Below, piece by piece: positions 39,382 through 50,228 of a stretch of DNA of 64,000 nt. Position numbers and translations under genes: made by a program. The DNA comes from Trypanosoma brucei. Taxonomy: Eukaryota. A model generated the notes under the pieces. That model was given only the letters and a program-made list of their open reading frames with translations, had not been told where the DNA came from and searched no databases. The stretch is taken from NCBI GenBank assembly GCA_000002445.1, contig CP000071.1, positions 2,304,001 through 2,368,000 of the forward strand, given 5' to 3'. Within the stretch, counting starts at the first letter, position 1, and each line of letters begins with the position of its first letter.

Positions 39382-40522
39382 TTGAGCGATGATGATATGA
39401 AAGAGACAACGCAGATGAAGTGGAATACCGAAAGAAAAGGAATGGGGCAGCAAAAAAGAAAAAGAAAGAATGGAAGAACGCCAGCGACAACCCATATCAA
39501 CAACGACAACTAGCGAATGAATGATTTGAAGGAGAAAAAAAAATCACTTCCCCCCCTTAGACTTTGTATATGATGTCACGAAGATGTAGAGGGAACGAAT
39601 ATTATACCGTAACCTACGTGTCAACATACCGACTTACGTTTTGCGGAACTTTATGTTACATTGTGACGTGTCACATATGTTGGTAGAGTTGTGGACATGA
39701 TTAGCATTGGCGGTAGAGACATAATTATATATTTGTGTGAACACTATGCTGTTTTGCGCTTTCTTTCCCCTTTTTGGGTTCGGTTATAAATAAATAAACG
39801 TGTTTTCGTATGAGTGAGCGAAAAAGTACGTATTCTTTCCCGCCTTAGAGGACCCGTCTTGGTGGTATAGTTTTTATCAGTTGCGGACAGGGAAACAGTT
39901 ATGCTGGGCGTGCTTTGCTGTTGTTATTGCTGCTGAAATTAAAAAAAAAAAGGCAATGGTCATAGCGGAAAAAAAAAGATAATACTATTATTATTATTAT
40001 TACCATTGTTAAAAGAAGTGAGAACTCTCTTTTTTAAATTCCCTTTACCCTTTCCCTCTTCTCTTTGTATAGCGACCGTCGGATACACACATTCGATCAC
40101 TCACTTACCAGCAAGCAAACAAAGATACGTTTGTGCCTTTCATATGTTCTATGCAGCAACACATTACGGCCGTTGCAGAAAACAACAACAACAGCATCAG
40201 TGACAACTGCATGATTCCTATGTGATGTTGCATGTTGTTACACTTCCTTCACGGTTTGCGTTCTTGTACGTATGATCATCACAAAAGACCTCACTGTCCT
40301 GTTTAAATTTGCTGCAGTATTAACTTTTCTATCTTCTCTTCTCTTCTCATCTTTATATATATATATATATTCATTTGTAGGCTCCTCTTTTAAAAGTATC
40401 GCTTTATTATAAATGCAGCGGAGGAGACGTCACAGAAGGTATCACCGAATAGTTATTGATGAAGTTGCCGGGGGCTCACGGGTTAGACAATCATTTGCAC
40501 CACATTATATAAACACGGAACG

Positions 40523-40549
<27 letters not shown>
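40523..40549. repeat. (TA)n microsatellite. A second shorter tract lies at 40354..40370.
   Basis: Direct reading: tatatatatatatatatatatatatat. Confidence 0.9.
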
Positions 40550-40553
<4 letters not shown>

Positions 40554-40966
40554 CAGATAAATGGATGAGTATGGAAACTATGTTTTGTTGCTTCTCCTCG
40601 ATTTACGAGTCGCAGAGGATTTTAAAATTTGTGACTACATTTGTTTTCTTTAAAACTGTTGCTGAGGACGAGGATGGAAGCTAAACATGTACTTGTGGAG
40701 GTTGTTTTCCATTTGTTTGTATCGTCGAACACTTTACTACCTTGCTCGTTGCCATTTATTAATTTTTCTTGTGTTCTGCGCTTACTAAACTGTTACTTTA
40801 TCTTCCTCTTCCTCTTTTACTTTATTTTTTCTGTTCTCAATAAATAAATAAATAAATTGACTCGTAGATTAGGCACGGCTTCGGAAGTGGTATAAGTCGT
40901 TTCTTTCTTTCTTTTCTTTTTTCTGTTGTTTTCATCAACTGGACTGAAAGTGGTGGCGCATTCGTG

Positions 40967-42307
40967 ATGACAAATGAACCATCTGAAGCAGCGACAGCGC
41001 CGACACCGGCAGATTTGAGGCACATTTCGCCATCACCCCCGCGCGTTAGGCCTCAATCATCTGCTGACATGACATCTCAACTTTCTTTTCCTTGCGCCTA
41101 CGCTGCGCGTGTTTATCATGTTTGCACAGAAAATTCCTTTTGCCATCCCCAACCGCCTGATGATGTAAAACTTCCCATGAGGCCCCACAGCAGTGGCGCT
41201 ACGTATCTTGGATGGATACGTAACTCTTTATCTGGTCGCTTAACAGCAAATTGTTACGGTCAAACAAATATCTGCTCATCGAAAGGGTGCGGGATAAATT
41301 GTGGGAATCAAACCATTCAGAGGAGTAGCTCGTCCCTTCCGTGCACAACCGCTACACATCCTGCGAACTCACCAGCTGCATTTGAAGAAGGGAATGGGGA
41401 CGATGTGAGGGATGCATCAGCGCCGGTCCGGCGTACAAATTTCTCGTTGGCGCGGAGGTTGCGGTTACGAGGGCCATTGCACTACCAACGTGTCGTTGAT
41501 GTGGTCCGTCGACTGAGAGTGGAAGGCCATTTATCCAATAAGGAATGTGACGAGTCTTTCAATCGGTTACAACACAACGGGACTAATCCTTGTGCTGTTA
41601 CCAACGGTATTCAAGACGGCAGGGGAGTGCATCACAACATACTCAACTGCAGTGAGGCCGCAACTTCCACGATGTTTTCTCCGGGTCAAACTCAAAGGGA
41701 ATCAAACTCACTTAACCATGCAAGGAATTCGAATTCTGAACCCACTGGTGGAGAAAATACGGGGAATAATCAGAAAACCGAATGTACATATAATTTGCCC
41801 AACTGTGTGACCGGTGTAATTGATGGAGACGCCGAAGTTTTGGATGCAACGGCTGATTCCAGTGTTACATCGGGCGCATCTGTTGTTGATATTGTGGTTT
41901 TGTCGAATGCAGATGGTGGTGATACCGCGGTAATGAAAATGACGAGGGATGTTGTTGTTGTTGCCACTGATGTCGGTGTCGGTGTTGGTGCCGGGCTCAG
42001 TAATGATGTGACAACGGCTAATGTTGAAGCGCGCCGTCGCATTTCTCCTTCAACCGCTTCTCTTGAAAAGGAGAGACGCGGTGGTGATGATGTTGTGGAT
42101 GCTGTTGGCACTGCTGTGGACCGTTCGGCGGGTTCCGTAAAGGGTCACAACTTTAATTGCACCGAGTTTCTTCCCTTTAATGTAGTAGAGGGTGAACTTT
42201 TAAGAAACCGACGTGCATTGGAGCAATTGGTGACAATTTTTGAAGGGACGCTTCATGAGATTCGCAGCGCGTGTGTGGCTGAGGATGATGGCGATGATGT
42301 TGGGTAA
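40967..42307 (+). CDS. Hypothetical protein, 446 aa. It is Ser/Asn-rich with a C-terminal Val/Asp/Gly-rich segment.
   Basis: ORF 40964..42307 (GTG in the track). The first ATG is at 40967. It is on the same strand as all neighbouring genes. No recognisable domain could be identified from the sequence alone. Confidence 0.55.
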   Translation: MTNEPSEAATAPTPADLRHISPSPPRVRPQSSADMTSQLSFPCAYAARVYHVCTENSFCHPQPPDDVKLPMRPHSSGATYLGWIRNSLSGRLTANCYGQTNICSSKGCGINCGNQTIQRSSSSLPCTTATHPANSPAAFEEGNGDDVRDASAPVRRTNFSLARRLRLRGPLHYQRVVDVVRRLRVEGHLSNKECDESFNRLQHNGTNPCAVTNGIQDGRGVHHNILNCSEAATSTMFSPGQTQRESNSLNHARNSNSEPTGGENTGNNQKTECTYNLPNCVTGVIDGDAEVLDATADSSVTSGASVVDIVVLSNADGGDTAVMKMTRDVVVVATDVGVGVGAGLSNDVTTANVEARRRISPSTASLEKERRGGDDVVDAVGTAVDRSAGSVKGHNFNCTEFLPFNVVEGELLRNRRALEQLVTIFEGTLHEIRSACVAEDDGDDVG

Positions 42308-43863
42308 AGTCTGCCGGTGGTATTTTCTCTGGCTTGTGTGGAGAGGCAAGTGGCTTTTGTTACGTGTTGCTGTTTTCTGGTGTTTTAAATATTGCGTGTG
42401 AAGGCCTCATGGTTTTCTAAAGGCAGTATGTTTGTTTGTCTCTTCTGGATTGTTGTTATCCGTTGACAGACATCTTTTGGGGGTTTCGTATCGTTGTGTT
42501 TGTTAGCTTCATTTGTGTTGATTCTTTTTTGATTCCTTTTCAGAATAGCTGGAGTTTTGCAGTGATTTCATTGTTTTATTTGTGCGCCCCGTTTCCGTTT
42601 TATTTTTGTTTAATATGATTTAGTTCGGGGTTACACGATATTGAGCTGAATTTTTATGTTGAGTTAGTCTTTGATTATGCCGTTGCTGGAACATCTTTCG
42701 TTGTGGCTTGTGTCCTGACCGCCTTTTCTTTACTTTCCCCCTTTCTTTGCCTCTTTTTAAAAAAAAAAGAAAATTAAAGCGAGTTACTCGTCTTTACCCT
42801 TCTTAAATTGTTTTGTTTTTTCTTTTTTGCTCTTTTTCTCCCCTTTGCCTTACATTCTTGTTGTGTACATGTATATCTCTACATATTTGTGCATTTTTAT
42901 CTATATTTTATGCTTCAGGAGATGTATCTGAACATATTTCTGCTATATGTCATTTGGTGCAAACACAACGAGATGAGAAAAATCAAAAAGTAAGAAAAGG
43001 AGACAAGCGGACAGACATATAAATAAATAAGCAAACAAACTGTTCCCTGCATGTAAGGCAATAATATTTGACACCAAATAACAATAATAATTTTAACATG
43101 AATAAATGCAGCCATATTGGGCGACAGGCACGGGCACATCACATGTTATGCATCCATTTGAATTTATACAAAGCTGGTGGCGGTTGCTATTTTTCAAATT
43201 GTCGAAACCTTCATGAAGATCGGTTGCTCTGCTTGGAGGGGACTTGCGGAGTGCTTTTTTTTTGTTTTATTTCGAAAAAAAATTTTTAATGTCATTTTAG
43301 GTATCGAACTTCACGCTCATATACAAGGAAATAAAATCAATTAAAAAGTTTCTTCATTCTTCCGCACCAAACAAACAATGGAGGTGCGTCTTTTTTTTTT
43401 TTTTCAAAATTATTATTATTATTAAGTAAATGCGTGTACACAGATGTATATTTATTTATTGGTATGCACACTTCTTGTATGTTTTCTCCCCCTTATTTAC
43501 CGATTTGTTTCTATTTTGGAAGTATTTAACTTAATTTATTTGTATGTGTGTGTTTCTTTTTTTTTTTTTGAATGTTAGAGCGTGTGTTTTTAATGTTTAT
43601 TTTTCGATTAATATGTTGTCTTATTTTTACTTTTCTTCTTTGTGTTCCTTTTTTTTTGCCTGTTGTTATTTCCACTACTGGTGATTGATCATATTGATTT
43701 CATCGCCACTTTGGAATATAAAATCGTAATTAGAAAAGGTAAAAGTACGAATTGAAAAAAGACGAAAAAACAACAACAACGAGAGGCAAATATTAAATAG
43801 GTGAAGACGAGTTTTTTTTTTTTAAATATCCCTTAAAGGCAAATAGCAAAGCAGATATCAAGG

Positions 43864-43902
43864 CACACACACGCACACACACACACCCGCAAAAAAAAAA
43901 AA
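43864..43902. repeat. (CA)n dinucleotide tract followed by an A12 homopolymer.
   Basis: cacacacacgcacacacacacaccc...aaaaaaaaaaaa. Confidence 0.85.
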
Positions 43903-43984
43903 GCGGAACTAAAGAAGAAGGCACAAAAAAGACTTGCATCAGCTAATTCTTCTTTGGTTTTAAATCTGACGACATTGTGGTAAA

Positions 43985-45469
43985 ATGGAAGACGCAACGA
44001 AAGAAACATCGGCTCCTGCAACGCCAGAAACACATGACGCTATGGAAGAACATGTGACTGCGCTTGAGGACACAAATACGCCACAAACGGGATCTTTGGC
44101 TAGATTGAAATCTTGCACCCTCGAAACAAACAATCAAACAGTTCCCGCTCCTTTTGAAGCAACATTCAATGATGAACAGCCGCATGGCGCGGCATTGCCG
44201 TTGGAAGGCATTCCTGAAGTAAAGGAAGATGTTCAGTGCGGTGCATACGGGGAGGGGGAGAATAATAATAATAATAATAATAATGACTCTGTTGAGCTTC
44301 GCGGTGAAGCTGAAAAGGAGGAGGTTGATGTGGGCTGCTCCGAGGAGTGTGAGGAGGAGTTTAGCTCAGGTGGGGATGACGCTTCGGCAGCAGAAGAGGA
44401 GGGAGGCGAAACCAAAAGAGCACGCAGGGGGAAGTCGCGCCGGTCGCGCAAATCAGACGGAGGAGATGCGTATAACCCCATCGCTGAGAGTGAATACAAG
44501 GCAATCAGTAAAGATGTTATCAACTGTGTGTGGGGTAACACTTTCCTACAAGCATCAAGTTCCGTGGAGAAGGACTTGCTTCCACCCGAGCTTCTGGAGC
44601 CAATGGAGCGCCGGCGCGTGTTTATAACATCGTCGCAGGCCCGTCGCCTAAAGGCACTCCGTGCGGCCCAAATGATTCAAGAGAAAGACGATACACACGT
44701 TCAGTTTGAAGCGAATGTTGATCTCCCACAGGTCACATTGCCGATACTGCATAATACTTTACGTGTGGAGGGAGATGGATTTGGGAAGGCAAACAAGTCA
44801 GTTGATTCGGCCTCCGACAAAACTGAATACCATGGTTCAAACAGGTGTGATACGGACTCTGATGATGAAGTTGATGGTGCGGGACAACAAGGCGAGAAAT
44901 CTTCTGAGCAGATCGGACATGCCGTGGGGGAGGCGCAGTTGCCACTAATATCAGGATGTGGTAGTCATCCACAGGTTCCCGGTGCAGATGCCAATGGTGC
45001 TCCATCATCCACCCTTCACCCCAAGCCACCATGTTCAAATACATTTCCATGTTCAGTGGCTGAAGACAATGCAGGTGCTGGTGGGAATCCTGTGGATGGT
45101 GGGACACGAGTGTTGCCATTCAGTTTCTTCACTATGGTGCCCATCAAGGATAAACAAAGGGACGTCGTGCCGGGCTCTCGAAATTCGGCTAGTTTGAGTA
45201 AACCACGACTGTCTACTCAGGCGGGCCGTCGCATGTCTAGACGACTGTCAGAGGTGCCGCCACCGAGTGCGCGGTATCCAACACCACCACGACAAGACGG
45301 AGGCGCTCTGCCGCAAAAGTCAGCCACCTCCACCCTTTACGCGTCCGCTGCTGAAAAACTGAGGAGCCAAAATGGAATTTGGGAGGAAATGTATGAAATC
45401 ATTGAGGAGACGCGTGATTCCGTCTTGTATGCCGAAGCAATGGAGGCATCCGGGGAGATGATTGAATGA
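43985..45469 (+). CDS. Hypothetical acidic protein, 494 aa. It is Glu/Asp-rich and has a poly-Asn run (N8) and a basic RRGKSRRSRK patch.
   Basis: An ATG-initiated ORF on the transcription-unit strand. The (AAT)8 at 44261..44284 is in-frame. Confidence 0.55.
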   Translation: MEDATKETSAPATPETHDAMEEHVTALEDTNTPQTGSLARLKSCTLETNNQTVPAPFEATFNDEQPHGAALPLEGIPEVKEDVQCGAYGEGENNNNNNNNDSVELRGEAEKEEVDVGCSEECEEEFSSGGDDASAAEEEGGETKRARRGKSRRSRKSDGGDAYNPIAESEYKAISKDVINCVWGNTFLQASSSVEKDLLPPELLEPMERRRVFITSSQARRLKALRAAQMIQEKDDTHVQFEANVDLPQVTLPILHNTLRVEGDGFGKANKSVDSASDKTEYHGSNRCDTDSDDEVDGAGQQGEKSSEQIGHAVGEAQLPLISGCGSHPQVPGADANGAPSSTLHPKPPCSNTFPCSVAEDNAGAGGNPVDGGTRVLPFSFFTMVPIKDKQRDVVPGSRNSASLSKPRLSTQAGRRMSRRLSEVPPPSARYPTPPRQDGGALPQKSATSTLYASAAEKLRSQNGIWEEMYEIIEETRDSVLYAEAMEASGEMIE

Positions 45470-47408
45470 AGGAATAAATGAATTGGCAACCACACGTGCG
45501 TGTATATGTGTGTGTACGTGTATGTCTGTGCATCTTGTGTCTGTGTTTTCTTTTTTATCCTTTTTTATTTTACACTGATGCACGCTGTTGAGAGGATATA
45601 TGTAAAACAACAACAACAAAAAAAAAAAAAGGAAGATAAGGCTAGCAGCAAACGAACAAACAAACAAGACGGAATCTTTCACTTTCCACACTTACCAGAG
45701 TCTCCGTGTTTATCTCTATTTTGTGTATGTCTTACGTCCGTATGCCACTTTTCGGATTCTTGTTTTACGCTTCACTCACTCACGTCGCTTGCTTCTTTTT
45801 TTTTTTCTTCTTTTCCGTTCCTTTCGCTGCTTTCCCGTTTTTGTTTTTAAAAATCTTACTTGTGTTTCTTTTTCCTGACTTTTTCCCGTTTGCAGATTTT
45901 GCCGTATTGTTTTTATCCCCCAAGAATGAGGAAAAAAAAAATCCTTTCTTTCCCTTCCAATATAAATTTCTCGTTGTGACATTACCGGTCACGCGGGAAA
46001 CAAAAAAAAAATTGTTAGACCAACGCGTACGCACACGTGCAAAGTCGCTTTCTTTTGCACTTTAGTTTTATTTTTCTTTTCTTTTCTTTTTTATTGTTAT
46101 GTTTCATTATGTCTCGTGATATTCCTCTCCTCTCCTTTTTGTGCTTGTTTTTTTTTTTCCTCTTATTGATCTTTGCACTTCTTACATTGAACTGAGGAGG
46201 CAAAAATAATTTTTTTTTTTTTTTGAAAAAAAAAATAGATTTACACTCACCTGTAGTAATATACGTGCAAAAAAGGAAGAAAAAAAAAAGGACGGTTTCG
46301 GATGCGTCCAGAAGGAAATAGGAGGAGGAGGGGAAGGAAGAATCAACATGAAAGAAAAGGAGGAGAAAAAAAAAAAGAAAGGAAGAGATGAAGTGCAAAT
46401 AATAAAAGAAGAAACCAGGCAAAACAGTAGAGGGAAAGTAGAGAAAGAGATGAGGTGATGGAAAAGGTGATGATGACGATCAGACGTGCTCTCTTTTTTT
46501 TTTTTTCCTCCTTTCTTCTTTGTTTACATATTTTCAGATGTATACGTAATGTGTATATATAAAAATTTATATACGCATAATCATGTGTCATTAAAATAAA
46601 CCGCGTGTTACCTCTGTATTTATACAACGACAGGCCTAGCCTCTTTTTTTCTTTGCTTTTTTTTTTTTCCTCTGTCCTCCTTCCTTCCTTTTTTCTTTTT
46701 CTCCCTACTGGGATTAAGAAATCAATCAATCCACATCTCCGCTGAAGCGCAAAGGCATATATATATATATATATGTTTGTTTATGTACCATAGCTCATTC
46801 TTTCCTGTTTTAGTTTCCCTTTCTTTCTTTTTTTGTTTCATTCTTTTTTTTTGTTTGCGTTTTGTGTGCGTGTGTAGTCCTGTTTTGCCATAAAACTAAT
46901 GCTCTGAATTTGTCCCTTCTTAATTTTTTGGGTGACGGAGCTCATGCGAAACTTTTGTGCTTGGGGAAACTTACTTTTGTTTGCCGTATATTTGTATGTA
47001 AATGTGCGCAGGTGTACGCATTTGCGATTCATCATTGCACGAACTGTTCTGTATAGCTGACGTTTCTTCTTTTTATCCCCCGCTTCCGCGAAATTTATGA
47101 TTTTGTTTCTTTTTCTGTTTCTTTGCCTTTTTGTTACTTTTGTATTATTTTCCCCCTTTTTTTCCAAAAAAAAAGGTTTTGTCCGATGTAACTTATTTTT
47201 GTTCTCGATTATTATTAATTTTATTATTGTCGCCATTGCATTTACAAGTGAAAAGTTCACTTATTTATTTAACTATCACGATTCACACCTCGTGTCAGGC
47301 GCTCAAATTCCTGCTTTTCCCTATTCTTTTTTTTTTCATTTCATTTCTTTTCTTGTACCCCCAACATAATGATGCTGCTGAACAGTCTTTGAGCGATTCA
47401 GTGCTGCG

Positions 47409-47412
<4 letters not shown>

Positions 47413-47450
<38 letters not shown>
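47413..47450. repeat. (AT)19 microsatellite in the intergenic region upstream of the V-PPase gene. Another (AT)n lies at 46757..46774.
   Basis: Direct reading. Confidence 0.9.
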
Positions 47451-47453
<3 letters not shown>

Positions 47454-47747
47454 CGAGGTGATTTTTTCCCTTAGTTTTAGCTCATTTATCGACAAGAGGA
47501 GAAGTAAGAGAAAAAGAAACAGAAAAAAACAGAGGGAATTTTAAGCCACTACTGATCAATTTATTCATTCATTTATTATTCATTTATTATTAATATTTAT
47601 TATTATTATTATTTTGATTTCACACTCAGTCTGGTCAGGCTTTCAGATTATCACGTGGGTGGGCGTAGCGGATCTTAAAGGAAAAGAGAAGGGATTAAGA
47701 GGTAATATCAAAGCGACAGAGAAAAGTGAGAAAAGGACGCGTGTGCG

Positions 47748-50228
47748 ATGATTAAATTGTCACCACTGCTTCTAAAAGCAGCCGTAGTGACGGCATGTTT
47801 ATGCAGTCTTGCCGTCGCTTCAAGAGTTGAAAAACAGACAACACTCAAACCAATCGAAAATGCCACAACTTACCAACAGGAGCTGGGGGGAAGAGGCAAG
47901 GTGGATTCACCGATTGCACCCGGTGACGCGGTATCCATCACAAGTGGTATTAAAGTGATGAGTGTCACGACAGCTACTGCTATCATTTTCTTAGCTAGTG
48001 CGTTTGGTTTCAGTTTTGCCATGTACTGGTGGTATGTTGCATCTGACATTAAAATCACCCCTGGCAAGGGTAATATCATGCGTAACGCTCATCTCACTGA
48101 CGAGGTGATGCGGAACGTCTATGTGATTAGTAAGCGAGTATCTGACGGTGCCAACGCATTTCTTTTTGCAGAGTATCGGTACATGGGCATATTTATGCTT
48201 GGGTTCGGTGCTTTGCTCTATTTCCTACTTGGCGTGGCCATGTCCTCACCGCAGGGCGAAGGGAAAGACGGCCGGCCTCCGGTGGCCGTGGAGGCCCCGT
48301 GGGTGAATGCTGCATTTTCCCTTTACGCATTTGTTATTGGAGCCTTCACGTCTGTGCTTGCCGGTTGGATTGGAATGCGCATTGCGGTGTATACCAACTC
48401 CCGCACCGCCGTCATGGCGACTGTAGGAAGCGGTGGGAGCGACGATGACGTGTTGGCAAATGGCAGCCAATCTCGGGGTTACGCTTTGGCGTTCCAAACA
48501 GCGTTCCGAGGTGGCATCACAATGGGTTTCGCACTCACATCCATTGGTCTGTTTGCTCTCTTCTGCACGGTGAAACTGATGCAGACGTACTTTGGTGACT
48601 CGGCCGAGAGGCTGCCGGAATTGTTCGAGTGTGTCGCTGCTTTTGGATTGGGCGGGTCATCCGTGGCGTGCTTCGGCCGTGTGGGAGGTGGTATTTACAC
48701 CAAAGCCGCTGATGTTGGTGCCGACCTTGTAGGGAAAGTGGAAAAGAACATTCCCGAGGATGACGCACGTAACCCCGGTGTGATCGCCGACTGCATCGGT
48801 GACAACGTTGGTGATATTGCCGGCATGGGCTCTGATCTCTTTGGAAGCTTTGGTGAGGCGACATGCGCGGCGCTGGTTATTGCTGCAAGCTCCGCCGAGC
48901 TCAGCGCAGACTTCACCTGCATGATGTACCCGCTTTTGATCACTGCCGGTGGTATTTTCGTTTGTATTGGTACCGCACTTCTTGCGGCAACTAACAGTGG
49001 TGTGAAATGGGCTGAGGACATCGAGCCCACACTCAAGCATCAGCTGCTGGTGTCAACCATTGGCGCAACGGTTGTGCTTGTGTTCATAACGGCTTACTCA
49101 CTTCCAGATGCCTTTACCGTTGGAGCAGTAGAAACTACCAAGTGGAGGGCAATGGTGTGCGTTCTATGCGGTTTGTGGTCTGGTCTTCTTATTGGTTACT
49201 CCACTGAGTACTTCACTTCCAACAGCTATCGTCCTGTGCAGGAGATCGCAGAGTCGTGTGAAACGGGTGCCGCTACGAACATCATCTACGGCCTTTCACT
49301 CGGTTACATTTCGGTGCTCCCTCCTATTCTGGCTATGGCTTTCACGATTTACCTTTCGCACCACTGTGCGGGTTTGTACGGATATGCGCTTGCTGCGCTG
49401 GGCATTCTGTCCACCATGTCTATTGCGCTGACAATTGATGCCTACGGCCCCATTTCTGACAATGCCGGTGGCATTGCTGAAATGGCTCACATGGGACATG
49501 AAATCCGTGAGATCACTGACGCGCTTGACGCTGCAGGTAATACCACCGCTGCAATAGGAAAGGGTTTTGCCATTGGTTCCGCTGCTTTTGTGGCGTTGGC
49601 TCTGTATGGAGCGTACGTGTCACGTGTTGGCATCTCCACTGTTAATTTGTTGGATGCTCGAGTGATGGCTGGCCTGCTCCTTGGTGCCATGCTTCCTTAC
49701 TGGTTTTCCGCCCTTACGATGAAGTCAGTGGGTGTAGCAGCGATGGATATGGTGAATGAGATCCGCCGCCAGTTCCAGGATCCAGCTGTGGCTGCTGGAA
49801 CGAAGGAGCCCGATTATGAGAGTTGCGTGAACATTGCAACGGGTGCGGCACTGCAGCAGATGGTGGCCCCCGCTTGCCTGGTGATGCTCGCTCCAATTGT
49901 GACTGGCATTTTGTTTGGCCGTTACACACTTGCAGGGCTGCTTCCTGGTGCACTTGTCTCTGGTGTGCAAGTGGCCATCAGCGCCTCCAACACTGGTGGG
50001 GCGTGGGATAACGCAAAGAAATATATTGAGAAGGGTGGCCTACGTGACAAGAGTAAAGGAAAAGGTTCGCCTCAGCACGCGGCTGCGGTGATTGGCGATA
50101 CGGTTGGAGACCCACTGAAGGACACGTCGGGTCCAGCGCTGAATATTCTTGTGAAGTTAATGGCCATCATTTCAGTAGTGTTCGCCCCGGTTGTGCAGTC
50201 CAAGTTGGGAGGGCTTCTGGTGAAGTAA
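47748..50228 (+). CDS. VP1: Vacuolar-type H+-translocating inorganic pyrophosphatase (V-H+-PPase), 826 aa, multi-pass membrane protein.
   Basis: The diagnostic H+-PPase motifs are present: GGIYTKAADVGADLVGKVE, DNVGDIAGMGSDLFGS and GDTVGDPLKDTSGPALNILVKLM. GNTTAAIGKGFAIGSAA carries Ala at the K/A position, which makes it the K+-dependent type I class (established family knowledge). Multiple hydrophobic helices are present. Confidence 0.95.
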   Translation: MIKLSPLLLKAAVVTACLCSLAVASRVEKQTTLKPIENATTYQQELGGRGKVDSPIAPGDAVSITSGIKVMSVTTATAIIFLASAFGFSFAMYWWYVASDIKITPGKGNIMRNAHLTDEVMRNVYVISKRVSDGANAFLFAEYRYMGIFMLGFGALLYFLLGVAMSSPQGEGKDGRPPVAVEAPWVNAAFSLYAFVIGAFTSVLAGWIGMRIAVYTNSRTAVMATVGSGGSDDDVLANGSQSRGYALAFQTAFRGGITMGFALTSIGLFALFCTVKLMQTYFGDSAERLPELFECVAAFGLGGSSVACFGRVGGGIYTKAADVGADLVGKVEKNIPEDDARNPGVIADCIGDNVGDIAGMGSDLFGSFGEATCAALVIAASSAELSADFTCMMYPLLITAGGIFVCIGTALLAATNSGVKWAEDIEPTLKHQLLVSTIGATVVLVFITAYSLPDAFTVGAVETTKWRAMVCVLCGLWSGLLIGYSTEYFTSNSYRPVQEIAESCETGAATNIIYGLSLGYISVLPPILAMAFTIYLSHHCAGLYGYALAALGILSTMSIALTIDAYGPISDNAGGIAEMAHMGHEIREITDALDAAGNTTAAIGKGFAIGSAAFVALALYGAYVSRVGISTVNLLDARVMAGLLLGAMLPYWFSALTMKSVGVAAMDMVNEIRRQFQDPAVAAGTKEPDYESCVNIATGAALQQMVAPACLVMLAPIVTGILFGRYTLAGLLPGALVSGVQVAISASNTGGAWDNAKKYIEKGGLRDKSKGKGSPQHAAAVIGDTVGDPLKDTSGPALNILVKLMAIISVVFAPVVQSKLGGLLVK

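Noticed and set aside
45500-47560. A cluster of 60-140-aa ORFs with K/E/R-rich or F/L/S-rich translations on both strands.
   Set aside because: They are generated by poly-purine and poly-pyrimidine tracts and (AT)n repeats. They have extreme composition and mutually overlap, and none has a plausible protein.
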